Positions 47,691 through 59,900 of a stretch of DNA of 64,000 bases are shown one piece after another. How positions within the stretch are numbered: position 1 is the stretch's first letter; each line of letters starts with the position of its first letter. Below the pieces are notes generated by a model. The model did no database searches and was not told the origin of the DNA. It was given only the letters and a program-made list of their open reading frames with translations. This DNA comes from a virus (taxonomy: Duplodnaviria > Caudoviricetes), in IMG/VR virus record IMGVR_UViG_3300029305_011823; one strand, 5' to 3'. The translations under genes were made by a program, and so were the position numbers.

Positions 47691-50600
47691 CTAAGCATCA
47701 GGGTTTACAGGTAATATAGTTTTTTCATCATCTTTTCTATTTTCACCATATACATCAAATCCTAAAATTAATGGACCGCTTTCATCAGTAAGATCTTTAT
47801 AAGTATTAATTTCATATTGTGATAGTTGTAAATAATCAGGGTTAATCATACCAAATGATCCTACCAAGAAATTATAAAGCTGTCTCACAACATAATCTAA
47901 AGGATTAATTGTAGTACCAGTATTAGGAACTTCATCGTCTGTTAAATTTTCGTTATCTGCTACAGAACCATTTAAATTATCAGCAAAATCTTTATCAGTT
48001 TCAAATAAATCATCTATTATATCTCTAAATACATCAAATCCACCAAAGTATTCTCTATCTCTAGAGTTTTCTATTATTTCTAATCCATGTAATGAATCAG
48101 ATTTTAATATCTTAATTAAATTTGCAGAAACTATCTCAACGTCTTTTTTAACTAGTTTCTTACCATTTAAATAAATATCATACCATTTAAAATCAAATGG
48201 TTTATCTATTTTACCCTTTAAGTTAATTACTTTATCGCTAGGGATGGATTCTAAATAACAAACTTGTTTCATCATATAAGGCATACATTCAACAGATATA
48301 TTATAATGAACTCCTAGCATACGCTTAATCCCTAATCTTAACTCTGCTTCTGAGAATATAGTATAATCAGGGAAACAAACTGAGGCTATATGTCTAGGTA
48401 TTAATCTACCATTATTATATACTCTAAAATATCTATAATCATTCTTAGACATAGTTTTAAATATTATAGGGTAGAAGTCTAATTCTGGATCTCTATCCCA
48501 GTTAAGTGGTGCCGTTGCTAACCTACCATTATATGTCATTAATATAAAGAAATAACCATTTTCATCTTCAATATGTATTTCATTGCATACTTCTACATCT
48601 TTTGTACATAATTCAGTTGATAGTCTATTATGATCGTTAAGGAAAATTCTATAAACCGCATTATCATTAACATCTTCAGTATACATATCTTTGAAAATGA
48701 TTGAGTTGTCTAGGTCAATTTCAGATTCGTCTTCAATAGGAATTAGTTGTAGTCTTCCTTTGAATATATCTGCTTCATATAAGTCACCTTCATCATTTCT
48801 GAAGTATAAACTTGGGCATTCATGAATATTATAAAATCTAGATCTTATTTGATCTTTTAATACAGGAACTTTACGAGGTGTACCATCTACATCATATATT
48901 AACATTTCTTCTACTAATAAATCATCTTCAATAACTTCATAGTTATGATGTTTTTTAATGTATAATGATAAATCTTTTCCTATATATTCATTATCTAATA
49001 TTCTTATTTTTATTTCTTTAGGACAAGGTAAGAATACATCATTTATATCAACTAAACTTAAACCACCTTCAGCTAATGTTTTTCCTTTACCATCATCTTC
49101 AGTGATTTCTATTTTAACAACTCCATTATCCATTTTGAATTGATATACCATTTTCTTATCCATAGATCTAACTTTATTTGTAAGATAACCGTTTATAGAG
49201 TCAACTTTATTAAATTTAGCTTTATTATTTTCCATATCAAATTGATAGAAATTATTATCATCACTTTGTAATGCTAGGAAGAATGCGTTATCTGCAATTT
49301 CCATTTCATCGTCAGTGTATATCTCTATTAATCCATGGTCTAATATAGCTAATTGGAAATAACCGCTATCTGTTTCAGTTATAACATAGTCTAATATAAT
49401 GTCAGATTCTATATCATCCATATGGAATTTAACTGGTAATATTATTTGATAAGCGTCTGTAGGTAAATATTTGCCTGTAGCTTTATCAACTATAAATAAG
49501 TCATTATAAAGAGTTTTGTTTCTTACAGCAAAATCACCTATATTAATTCTAATTATATCAGTTAAATTTCTAGCTCTAAATGGTATTTCTTTTTTAACAT
49601 CTGTAACTTTTTCTATTTCTAATACAGTATCAGGTTGAACTAGTTCACAAGGTATATAAACGTAGTCTAACATATCAGTTCTAAATACTTGAATTTGTTC
49701 TTGATATCTAGTACCATCGACATGAATTATTATCTCATCATACATACCTCTAAAGTCATTTCTGAATACGAACATGTACATATCTTCTTCAAATTCAGCG
49801 TAAGTTAATTTAGTATCTTTATTATCTTTTCTTTTTCTTAAACTTAGGTCTATTTTAGAAACATCCACGTAGTAATAATTATTTCCTAATCCTAAGTTTC
49901 TTAAATAACGTTTAAAGTTATTTGGGTCAGCTTTAATGAATTCTCTCATCTTAGCTATTTTATATCTGAAGTGATCATCGTATTCTTCAGACTTATGATA
50001 GTTATCGATTGTATAATCTACTACAGTAGGATCAAAATCTCTAACCATTGGATTTATTGTACCATTTTTATATTTTTCAAGATAATCTGGTACGTATTTA
50101 TGATATGCTGCTAACATATCTAAATGCTTAAGTTGATTATATTTATTTTCATAATAGAATACGTATACATATAAATCAGTCACTTCTATTATTTCATCTA
50201 TATTTTCTATAGAATAAACGTTAGGATAATAATGAGTAACTTTAGCATCATGAATAAATTTACCAGTTATATCTGTAACTAAACAGTTCTCTACAGCAAC
50301 TGGATAATCTTGCATTGGTATTTCGAACCATTTATTACCTTTTTGAATAGGTATTCTATCTAAAAGATGTCTTAAAGGAATTAATGTTATATCTGTTGCA
50401 GTATTGTTAGGATTAGTTCTTATCATCTCATTTACATCATCATTATTTATAAATAATCCAGTATCCGTAAGTTCACCAGAAGTAGCTACAGAACTAACTG
50501 AATCAACATGATTCATATAAATTAATGAATTATTGTAATCTATATGTTCTGGTAAATTAAGGTTTCTTAAAGGAATACCTGTAGAATTATTTAATGTTCT

Positions 50601-51170
50601 TATTCTATATGCGTTAGTTGATATATTTTTAATTCCTATATTAGGTATAAAATATATTGTAACTCTTGCATCGTTTTCTAAGAATTTTCTCATAGCATCG
50701 ATAGTTATACCTTCTTTAGAAGGTAGTTCTTGACAATTTATTACAAGATAAGTTTTATCTTCTTTACATAATATTTGGATACCTCTAAGATATAATGTAC
50801 CATCGATAAATAATAAGAAAGTAGAATCGAATAAATCTGGTCTATTTTTTATATCATCGAAAGATAATTCTTTTTCATATAATTCCGATCTCTTATATGC
50901 TAGACGTTTACCTACATTTATAAATTCATGCTCTAAGTAGAAAACCCATTTTCTAGGAACTAATGTGTAAGTATGATTAACTTTATTAGTTCTATAAATT
51001 TCTCGCATTCCGAAATCAAATCGTCTATATCCAGTAGAATCTAATTGGAATTTTCTTAGATATTGGAACGCTGACATTTTTGATTCTTCTATAGATTTTT
51101 CTACTGTATCTAAATCAAAAGTGTTATTTTTATAAGCGTCATATCTAAATTGATATCTCTCTATATCCAT
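47691..51170 (-). CDS. large putative virion (baseplate/tail) protein
   Basis: 1159 aa, recurrent LFIDG / VYNNGR / IYLNG.K motifs seen in jumbo-phage structural proteins; late promoter 51205-51216. Confidence 0.55.
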   Translation of the reverse strand: MDIERYQFRYDAYKNNTFDLDTVEKSIEESKMSAFQYLRKFQLDSTGYRRFDFGMREIYRTNKVNHTYTLVPRKWVFYLEHEFINVGKRLAYKRSELYEKELSFDDIKNRPDLFDSTFLLFIDGTLYLRGIQILCKEDKTYLVINCQELPSKEGITIDAMRKFLENDARVTIYFIPNIGIKNISTNAYRIRTLNNSTGIPLRNLNLPEHIDYNNSLIYMNHVDSVSSVATSGELTDTGLFINNDDVNEMIRTNPNNTATDITLIPLRHLLDRIPIQKGNKWFEIPMQDYPVAVENCLVTDITGKFIHDAKVTHYYPNVYSIENIDEIIEVTDLYVYVFYYENKYNQLKHLDMLAAYHKYVPDYLEKYKNGTINPMVRDFDPTVVDYTIDNYHKSEEYDDHFRYKIAKMREFIKADPNNFKRYLRNLGLGNNYYYVDVSKIDLSLRKRKDNKDTKLTYAEFEEDMYMFVFRNDFRGMYDEIIIHVDGTRYQEQIQVFRTDMLDYVYIPCELVQPDTVLEIEKVTDVKKEIPFRARNLTDIIRINIGDFAVRNKTLYNDLFIVDKATGKYLPTDAYQIILPVKFHMDDIESDIILDYVITETDSGYFQLAILDHGLIEIYTDDEMEIADNAFFLALQSDDNNFYQFDMENNKAKFNKVDSINGYLTNKVRSMDKKMVYQFKMDNGVVKIEITEDDGKGKTLAEGGLSLVDINDVFLPCPKEIKIRILDNEYIGKDLSLYIKKHHNYEVIEDDLLVEEMLIYDVDGTPRKVPVLKDQIRSRFYNIHECPSLYFRNDEGDLYEADIFKGRLQLIPIEDESEIDLDNSIIFKDMYTEDVNDNAVYRIFLNDHNRLSTELCTKDVEVCNEIHIEDENGYFFILMTYNGRLATAPLNWDRDPELDFYPIIFKTMSKNDYRYFRVYNNGRLIPRHIASVCFPDYTIFSEAELRLGIKRMLGVHYNISVECMPYMMKQVCYLESIPSDKVINLKGKIDKPFDFKWYDIYLNGKKLVKKDVEIVSANLIKILKSDSLHGLEIIENSRDREYFGGFDVFRDIIDDLFETDKDFADNLNGSVADNENLTDDEVPNTGTTINPLDYVVRQLYNFLVGSFGMINPDYLQLSQYEINTYKDLTDESGPLILGFDVYGENRKDDEKTILPVNPDA

Positions 51171-51306
51171 ATTAAAGCCTCCTTTTTAAAATAGTTTTTA
51201 TCCTTAATAGTTTGTTTTTTGAGTAGTTGGAGAAAGGGTTGTTAAAAATTATATAGTATATAACAAAATAATATGAAAGAAAATAATTAAATGGAGGTAA
51301 TTGAAT

Positions 51307-52005
51307 ATGAGTGAAAAAAGAGATATGAAAGAAGTAATAGAAAAAGCATTAAAGGAAGTGTTAAAAAAACATAAAGAAATAAACCATACAGAAGAGGAAG
51401 AGGTTGAAGAAGAGGTTGTTATAGAACCTTTTATTTTAATAGATTCAGAGTTAGTTGAAGAAATAGGAGAAATACAAGAATTTACAAATTTATCAGATAT
51501 AGTTCATCCTGAAGCATGCCCTTCAGTAGAAATACATGAAGAAGACATAGTTCCAGATGAATTCAAGGATTCATTTGTATCAACAGAGGAATTATTAGAT
51601 ATAGCAGATGAAATTAAACCGTTAGATGCTGATAATATAATATTATGTGATGTAAGTGGAAATGAAAGAATTTTAGTTAATGGAGAGAACTGTAATATAA
51701 GAAGAATTCCATTATTAAAATTAGTATTATTAACACCACCAAACTTACAAATATTAGATGACATAATGATTAATGGTAATCTAGAAAGTGTTGGTGAAAT
51801 AGAATTGAAAGTTGTATTTAATATTGACGGACAATATATAGTAATTAATAGTGATATACAATCATTAATAACAGTAGGTTTATTATCAGTTCTTGAAGAT
51901 GATGACGAAGACGTTATACCAACTTATTCTTGTTCTCCAGTTGAATGGAGAGGAATAGTTAGTAAGATAACTCTAGAAGAACTTGAATCTATATTAAATA
52001 ATTAA
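51307..52005 (+). CDS. acidic hypothetical protein
   Basis: ORF, GGAGG RBS, late promoter 51262-51273. Confidence 0.65.
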   Translation: MSEKRDMKEVIEKALKEVLKKHKEINHTEEEEVEEEVVIEPFILIDSELVEEIGEIQEFTNLSDIVHPEACPSVEIHEEDIVPDEFKDSFVSTEELLDIADEIKPLDADNIILCDVSGNERILVNGENCNIRRIPLLKLVLLTPPNLQILDDIMINGNLESVGEIELKVVFNIDGQYIVINSDIQSLITVGLLSVLEDDDEDVIPTYSCSPVEWRGIVSKITLEELESILNN

Positions 52006-52019
52006 AGGAGTGAACTAAT

Positions 52020-52232
52020 ATGTTAGAATTTTTATTATCATTAGCATTAATGGTTTTATGTGCATTTGTTGCACATGAGGGTGTGAAAGTAGGGAATGAT
52101 AATTTTCCAGATTTAAACATGAGTCCTAATTGGTCTGCTGTTATAGGCTTTATATTTGGTGCTTCAGGTTTAATAGCATTATTATTATATGCAGTATTAA
52201 AAATAATGATTAAACGTATGATTAAACATTAA
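52020..52232 (+). CDS. small membrane protein
   Basis: Hydrophobic ORF, RBS; similar to 14868-15074. Confidence 0.55.
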   Translation: MLEFLLSLALMVLCAFVAHEGVKVGNDNFPDLNMSPNWSAVIGFIFGASGLIALLLYAVLKIMIKRMIKH

Positions 52233-52280
52233 AACAAATAATCTATCATATAAGCATATGCTTATATGATAGATTATCTT

Positions 52281-52649
52281 TTATTCATTTTCATAATACT
52301 CATCTAATCCTTCTTTTATTTCTTTTCTTATATCATTTTCATTTTCTCTCATCATTTTTGATTTCTTTGTTTCTACAACTCTATTATTTATTATATCATC
52401 TCTTAACTTTTTCAACTCACATAAATATTTTTTATTGTTGGATAACCTAATTAAACTTTCTATAAAATATAAATCATTATTTCTTGGTAATTTATGTTTT
52501 GCTGCCAATTTACATAAAGCTTTTCCAGCCTGAACTGAACTTACATGTGAATGACATTCATAACCTGATTTTGTATTTACTACAACAAAACCTCCATCAG
52601 TTGTTTTTCTAACAACGAACTGATCGTATCTATAAACATAGTTATTCAT
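52281..52649 (-). CDS. hypothetical phage protein
   Basis: ORF with RBS. Confidence 0.6.
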   Translation of the reverse strand: MNNYVYRYDQFVVRKTTDGGFVVVNTKSGYECHSHVSSVQAGKALCKLAAKHKLPRNNDLYFIESLIRLSNNKKYLCELKKLRDDIINNRVVETKKSKMMRENENDIRKEIKEGLDEYYENE

Positions 52650-52715
52650 ATCAACCTACTCCTTAAAAATATTTATGCAGGATGGGAGCATAGCCCATCC
52701 TTCTATTTAAATTTT

Positions 52716-54609
52716 TTATACTAATACTACATAATCTCCTGATAGGAATCCTTGTTTTCCATTAAAGATAACTCCAAACCATCCATCTAAGCAATATCCA
52801 ACTGTTATAACATCACCTTTTTTGAATTGACCTAAAATTGTATTATAGTTTCCACTTCCAGGTCTTCCTGCTCTAACATTTAAGCTAGAAGCTGTAACTT
52901 TAACCTTAGCATTATAAGTTCCATTTTTCCATGGTTTACCTGTAGAAGGTAATTTAGTTGGTTGAGTTGTTTCTTTAACAGGTTCTTTAGCAACACTTGG
53001 AGCTTTATAAGTTATACCAAAATGTTCGCATATTCCTTTTAATGTTGCTTCACATAATAAATCTCTTTTGTTTTTTAATAAAGCCACTCCTGCTTGATTA
53101 GTATAGAATTCATATTCGATTAACCATTTATAATTTATTTTCAATCGGATTCGCTACTATCCGACCCGTCTTTACAAGACTGCTCATACTTTCATATGAG
53201 ATAAGACTATATCACTTACCAATAGGTAAATCTTCCACTTCCATTCGCTTGAATGTACTCTCTTACGAGATAGTCGTTGAACCTTTATAATTATTCATAG
53301 TATATTTTAAATCCATATGTTGTAGGTCTTATTCCTGCTAAAACTTTATCTATTGACGTTTTAGCTGTTTTAAACGTCCCCTTACAAAGTCCAGTTTCTA
53401 TAAACCAATGAGCACAATCTGTTATACTATCAAATCTTCTAACAAATTCATCTGTATGCTTATCATATAAAACGATTGGTTTTTTAAGATATTCTGAACC
53501 ATTCATTTTATCTTTAACTTTTTCCCAATGATTGTTTATATCCATTATACCATTATTTATGGCATGATTTGTATTTTCTTTAGCTGTACACCATTCGAGA
53601 TTTTCTACCGTATTATTAGTTTTATCACCATCAATATGATTTACAAAAGGTTTATTTTCTGGATTAGGTATAAATGTTTCAGCAACTAATCTATGAACTC
53701 TAAATCCTTTAGAAACACCATTGACTTGAATATGAACATAATAGTATCCATTATTAGGTTGTAAAATTAATGATAATATTCTTTCTCTACTTTTTCCACT
53801 ACGTCCTTTGTTAACAACGCTTTGTTGATAAGCGTATGGTTTAATATTTTTAACTCTACCTAAATTAGATACCATCGTATTTTCTAAATACGGATGATTT
53901 TTCCATATCTCTTCCATGTTATACAACACTCCCTTTTAAATGAAATTAAAGATATGTTATATTTTTATTGAATAATTATACTTGGCTGCGGATTGCCCAA
54001 TCTTAAACCTTTTTACTATACCTAGGGTAATTACTCCTAGCCACTATAATATCACTATTATAGTTTAGTAGTTTAAGCTCTAAGGGTGTTCCCGCAATTC
54101 GAAAGATTTTTACAGCCGCATTAATCGTTTACGGCTGGCATGTTTGTATTTTTAACAACATAATAGTTATTTGATTTATGTCCTCTGTTTTTAAATCCTT
54201 TATCTATAGCATAAACGTCTTTATAAATTGCATTACAAACCTTTTTAGCAGCATTAGCAGATTTAGATGAACATCCTACAGATGTGAATACTTCAACACC
54301 TCTTGCAGTTGACCATCCTCCACTACCAGCAGCATTTGCATGTAATGAAACATATAATGTATCACCTGGTTTACCTTTTCCTGCCCAATAGCTATTTGCT
54401 TTTGAACATCTACTTGCTAGAGAAACTTCAGCACCTTTTTCAGGATTTGGATTTACTAAATAAACTATAAATCCTAACTGTTCTAATCTAGCTTTTAGTT
54501 TATACTGCATTGCATTATTGAACTCCCATTCTTTTAATGTACTATCAGGAGAACGCTTTCCTGCAGTTACAGACGCATGACCTGCATCTAATATTATATA
54601 TCTAGCCAT
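52716..54609 (-). CDS. endolysin: N-acetylmuramoyl-L-alanine amidase (Amidase_3) + SH3b; exons 54609-54131 and 53124-52716 (295 aa spliced)
   Basis: ILDAGH, E, SLHANA, G.EVF in exon 1; splicing restores MPAV-LIEYEF with catalytic Glu; LNVRAG...GW SH3b in exon 2. Confidence 0.9.
53125..54130 (-). mobile_element. group I intron with internal HNH homing endonuclease
   Basis: P1 CAGCCGU/GCGGCUG with U-G at the 5' splice site; P AAUUGCGGGAA, Q AAUCCGCAGCCAAG, R UCAACGACUA, S GAUAUAGUC; terminal G; P10 CGAUUAAU/GUUAAUCG; in-frame exon joining. Confidence 0.92.
53291..53917 (-). CDS. NUMOD4-HNH homing endonuclease (intron-encoded)
   Basis: EIWK, VSNLGRVK, VHRLVA, VNHIDGDKTNN...NLEW...N..HA. Confidence 0.9.
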   Translation of the reverse strand: MEEIWKNHPYLENTMVSNLGRVKNIKPYAYQQSVVNKGRSGKSRERILSLILQPNNGYYYVHIQVNGVSKGFRVHRLVAETFIPNPENKPFVNHIDGDKTNNTVENLEWCTAKENTNHAINNGIMDINNHWEKVKDKMNGSEYLKKPIVLYDKHTDEFVRRFDSITDCAHWFIETGLCKGTFKTAKTSIDKVLAGIRPTTYGFKIYYE

Positions 54610-54721
54610 ATTCAACACTCCCTTTAAAATTTGCTATTATTGAATTTCTTTATCCAATTTAATTAGTTGTTTCATGTCAACAAATATTTAATAAAAACTA
54701 AATTGAGGGAGTGGAATTCTA

Positions 54722-55054
54722 ATGTTTAAGATACGTCTTATCAAAGACAAAATCAAACGTAAAAGAATGAAATCACATAGTAGAACAAGTAAATGGATAA
54801 TAGCATTTGTTATCGTGTCTTTATTTACTTATACTACTGCAGCAATATGGTTACAATTAAAAATAGGAATAGAAATATCTCCTACATTAACTACATGCTT
54901 TTATGCATTTTGTACTGGAGAACTTTGGTTATTAGCTTCTATTAAAAAATCTAAAATAGCTAACGGACAAAAAGCTAGAGCATATGATAGTGAAATAGAA
55001 AACTATAAAGGTGAAGCAAACTTAAGCGAAAACGATGAAGAACCTAAAGGATAA
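54722..55054 (+). CDS. 2-TM membrane protein, holin candidate
   Basis: Two TM helices, divergent from endolysin, late promoter 54679-54690. Confidence 0.5.
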   Translation: MFKIRLIKDKIKRKRMKSHSRTSKWIIAFVIVSLFTYTTAAIWLQLKIGIEISPTLTTCFYAFCTGELWLLASIKKSKIANGQKARAYDSEIENYKGEANLSENDEEPKG

Positions 55055-55143
55055 AATGAGTATAGACTTTGGTCTATACTCATATTCTTTATTAAAAAAA
55101 CAATTAGGTAAGCAATAAAAAATAATAGAAAGGAGATGACAGT

Positions 55144-56208
55144 GTGAGTAAAAAATACAATGAAGAAAATTTATTAGGTCTTCATTCGATACTTATCGGT
55201 GATGGAATACCTAATAATAGACGCCATTATACTAAAGGTTGTATTATTGTAAATGTTGGAGAAAAAAGAGAAACAGAACCTATGTATATATGTGTAGAAG
55301 ATGGTTGTCCTGGTAAGTGGGCTGTTGTAGGTGGTGGATCAGAAGGTGGTGTTGGACCACAAGGACCACAAGGTGAACAAGGACCTAAAGGTGATAAAGG
55401 TGACCAAGGTGAAGTTGGACCACAAGGTGAAAAAGGAGAGAAAGGGGACCAAGGTGAACAAGGACCACAAGGTGAAAGAGGGGAACAAGGAGAAGTTGGA
55501 CCTCAAGGACCACAAGGTGAACAAGGACCTCAAGGTGAAAAAGGAGAGAAAGGGGACCAAGGTGAACAGGGTATACAAGGACCAGAAGGACCTCAAGGAC
55601 CTGCTGGAAAAGATGTTGACCCTGAAGTATTAGCTGGATTAGCTACTAAAGAAGAAGTTGCTGAATTAGTAAAAGAAAAACATGTGATAGGTGGAGTACC
55701 AGAAGGAACTATAGTTGACTATAGAGAAGATGAAATAAGAATAATGTGTCCAAAAGAAGCAGTGTTCAAACAACAAGAAGTTGGAGAAACTGGAAACCCT
55801 AATATGTATTATATGTCAATGACTACAGAAGCTCCAGAAGGTGCGGTTGCTTTCAATGAAGGTGACAAAGGTGTTATTGCTGAAAGAAATGTTAGATTAG
55901 AAGGTAAAAAATCTAAAACTATATGGTTAGCTCTTGCTAGTTTAAGTGGAGGAAATTGGACTTATTTCGGTAAAAACTCTACAGCTGCAAAACCTATAGG
56001 ATGGGATTATATAATAGAATGGTTAGATGATGAAGGCAATATTATAAGAACTGATGCTATAAGAATAAACTTAACTAACGAAGAGTGTCATGGAATAAGT
56101 TTATTCTCTGCTGTTAAAGAATTAGCAAATATGTTTAAATTTAATGAAAACGGAGAACTAGTTGTAACTATAGGTGGAGTTTCTAAAGTATTTGTACCTA
56201 AAGAGTAA
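55144..56208 (+). CDS. collagen-like (Gly-X-Y) fibre protein
   Basis: About 29 GXY triplets ([13 protein letters not shown]...) at ~55350-55610. Confidence 0.85.
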   Translation: MSKKYNEENLLGLHSILIGDGIPNNRRHYTKGCIIVNVGEKRETEPMYICVEDGCPGKWAVVGGGSEGGVGPQGPQGEQGPKGDKGDQGEVGPQGEKGEKGDQGEQGPQGERGEQGEVGPQGPQGEQGPQGEKGEKGDQGEQGIQGPEGPQGPAGKDVDPEVLAGLATKEEVAELVKEKHVIGGVPEGTIVDYREDEIRIMCPKEAVFKQQEVGETGNPNMYYMSMTTEAPEGAVAFNEGDKGVIAERNVRLEGKKSKTIWLALASLSGGNWTYFGKNSTAAKPIGWDYIIEWLDDEGNIIRTDAIRINLTNEECHGISLFSAVKELANMFKFNENGELVVTIGGVSKVFVPKE

Positions 56209-56249
56209 GAAAAAACAAGACTATAACCATAAGAAAGGAGTGAAATAAC

Positions 56250-56849
56250 ATGGGTGTAAAGAGAGTAGTTACAATCGCTACAGAAGAATTTGTACGTGAT
56301 GCTATAAAAGGACTTGAAGTTAAAAAATTCGAACAATTACAAACTTCTGATAAAACTGTACTTGGTGCTATTAATGAAGTTAACGACATGCTTGGTATGT
56401 TCGTTGTTCCTGAATATGATATTACTGCACAAATGTATTATGGTATATTAGATCCTAAAGAAGTTGGTAATATACATTCATTCAAAGATATAACATTTGA
56501 AATGGTATCTAGAGATGACTTTATATCTACTAAACCAGGTGAAAGAGCATTATCTATTGGTCATGTCGAACAAGGTCAACTTATAGTAATAGCTATACCT
56601 GTAATATTTGATTTAGTTGCTAATAAAGATGATGGATTTGGTGGAGCTATGAAATTCGACGAATCTGTTCTTGGAGCAAATGGTGTTGATACTGTATTCA
56701 ATGGTCAAGACTATATGTTATATGGAGAATTTGTTATAGTTGATGGTAGTAGAAGAATCAATATAATTAAGAGAGTTCCAATTGAAACTGGATGTGAATG
56801 TCCTCCTGTTACTGATGAAGATATCACAGATATAATAGATGGATTATAA
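56250..56849 (+). CDS. putative tail-fibre-associated protein
   Basis: LQT.DKT..GAINE motif typical of phage fibre proteins. Confidence 0.5.
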   Translation: MGVKRVVTIATEEFVRDAIKGLEVKKFEQLQTSDKTVLGAINEVNDMLGMFVVPEYDITAQMYYGILDPKEVGNIHSFKDITFEMVSRDDFISTKPGERALSIGHVEQGQLIVIAIPVIFDLVANKDDGFGGAMKFDESVLGANGVDTVFNGQDYMLYGEFVIVDGSRRINIIKRVPIETGCECPPVTDEDITDIIDGL

Positions 56850-56958
56850 GATAAAACAATGATAAAGAGAAGATAATTCCTATCTTCTCTTTATTTTTTC
56901 TATTCAAAAACAAATAGATAATGTATAATTTATTAAAAGAAAGGAGAAAAAATAAATT

Positions 56959-59900
56959 ATGAAGATTATATATAGAGGAAAAAGTATAGAAGGAAGATAT
57001 CAAAATGATATAATTGATCAAATATTATTTGATGAAAAAATTGACAGAATAACAAAAATAACTGTTAAAATTCCTTATGATAATTATTCACTAAAAGTAG
57101 TGTCTTCAACTGATCACATAACTGAGGATGATGCGATTATCAGTTGGGGAGACGGTAGTGGAAACTTTTTACAAATTTCTGAAGATAATATAGCTTCAAC
57201 GATAGATGAATCTGTGATTGGTCAAGAAAACGAAGATCCGACTGTGCATATATATAATAAAGCTGGTATTTATGACATAAGTGGACACTTCACATTCGGT
57301 AAAAGCTCTGCACCTACAGATAGTATGAAAGAGTGTCTTGTTGAAGTAAAAAACTTAACTGCCAAATCAGATAATTTAGGTGGTGCATTTAATGGTTGTG
57401 AAAACTTGAGAAAATTTAGCATACAAACACAATTATCACCAATTAATACTCGTTATATGTTTAATAATTGTGCAAATTTAATAAAAGCTGACGTTGCAAT
57501 GATAGACATGACAAATGTTACAGATGCTATGCGTATGTTCTCTAACTGTAATATGTTAACTACATTAGATGTAAGTAATTGGAATACTGGTAATATAAAG
57601 CACATTGGATGGATGTTTTGGCGATGCTATGAATTAACTACATTAGATGTAAGTAATTGGAATACTAGTAATGTAACTTCTATGGAAGCAGCATTCCACC
57701 ATTGTTATAAATTAGAAGCATTAGATGTGTCCAATTGGGATGTTGGTAAAGTTGAACATTTAGGTCACACATTCGCAAGATGTGAAAGTATATCAACATT
57801 AGACGTATCTAAATGGGATGCTAAAGTAGTTACTAATATGAATAGAACATTTTATAAATGTATTAATTTAACTTCATTAAATGTAAGTAAATTTGATACT
57901 AGTAATGTAACTACTTTCCAAGGAACGTTTGAAGAATGTACTAACCTGACAGTAATAGAAGGGATGATTAACTGGAATACTGCTAAAGTACAAAAAATGG
58001 GAAGTATGTTCAACGGTTGTGAATTATTACAAGATATAAGTACAGTTATAAATTTTGATACACAAAATGTAACTAATATGTCTTGCTTATTTAAAAATTG
58101 TAAAGCAATAACTTCTCTAGATTTATCTAATTTTAATACTGTTAATGTAACTGATTTATCTGGATTATTGGAAGGATGTTCAGGATTAACTAATGTCAAT
58201 ATTTCTGGATTAAATATGACTAAAAATAAAACAATTGCTAATATGTTCAAAGATTGTATCAATCTAGAAAGTATACAAGGTATAAGAGATTTAAATGTTT
58301 CTAATATAACAAACATGGACTATATGTTCTACGGATGTGAAAAATTAGCAACGTTAGACTTAAGTAACTGGGTTACTAGTGTTAAATTAACTAGTATGAA
58401 AGCTATGTTCTATGGATGTAAAGCTTTAACTAGTTTAAATGTTAGTGGATTTAATGTTAGTAATGTAACTGATATAGTTGGTATTGTGGATGACGTTGAC
58501 CATGGATTATTTGATAGTTGTAATGCTATTACTGAAATAATTGGGATAGATAGATGGCATACTGGTAATATAACTAATATGAGAAGTATGTTTGCTGGTT
58601 GTAATAATTTAACATCATTAGATGTAAGTAATTTTAATACTAGTAATGTAACTAATATGAGTCGTATGTTCACAAGTTGTAAATCATTAACTTCATTAGA
58701 TGTAAATGGATTTGACACTAGTAATGTAACTACTACAAGAGACATGTTCTATAACTGTCAATTATTAACTTCATTAGATGTAAGTAAATGGGATACTCGT
58801 AATTTTACTACATTATGGGGTATGTTTAATCAATGTTATGAATTAACTACATTAGATGTAAGTAAATGGGATACTAGTAATGTAACTAGTATGTGGTATA
58901 CATTTAATCAATGTTATAAATTAACTTCATTAGATGTAAGTAATTGGAATACTAGTAAAGTAACTAGTTTAGCTTTCACATTCCGTGATTGTAGAGTTAT
59001 AAAAGAATTAAAAGTAAGTGATTGGGATACTAGTCAAGTAACTGATATGAGATGTACATTTGCAACTTGTAGAGAGATAACTGAACTTGACCTACATAAA
59101 TGGAATACTAGTAAAGTAACTAATATGGATAGTTTTATTCCATATTGTACTAATTTAGTTAAATTAGATGTATCTGGTTGGGTTACTAGTAACGTAACTA
59201 ATATGTATGGTATGTTTATTAGTTGTATCAATCTACAAAAACTAGACCTAGGAACTTGGTCTGCTAGAAACGTTACTAATATGAAGCAAATGTTCTATAA
59301 CTGTCCAAGTCTTACTACATTAGGAGATACTACTTATTTTAATCCTGAAAAAGTAACTGATATGAACCAAATGTTCTATAACTGTGAAAAACTTGAAGAA
59401 ATTAGAGGTATTGGTAACTGGGTTACTGGTGAATTAACTGATATAGCTGCAATGTTTGCTAACTGTAAAGCTCTTAAATATTTAGACTTAGGTGGATTTA
59501 ATGTAAGCAAAGTTGTATATCCTTGTGCTAATATAAGTGGAATTGAGTATGGATTATTTAGAGATTGTAATAATATAGAATACATAAACGGCTTAGAAAA
59601 CTGGGAAACTAAAAATATGACTCAGATGCACTATATGTTCATGAGATGTCATAATTTAAAAAGACTTGATATAAGTAATTGGAACACTGCTAATGTAACT
59701 TATATGTATCATATGTTTGATGATTGTGAAAAAATGGAAGAGTTGATAATTGGAGAAAATTTTGATACTAGTAAAGTAACTAGTATGCAATATATGTTCT
59801 ATGATTGTAATCAGTTAACTTCATTAGATGTAAGTAATTGGAATACTAGTAATGTAATGTATATTGAAAATATGTTCTATAATTGTAATAGATTAACTTC

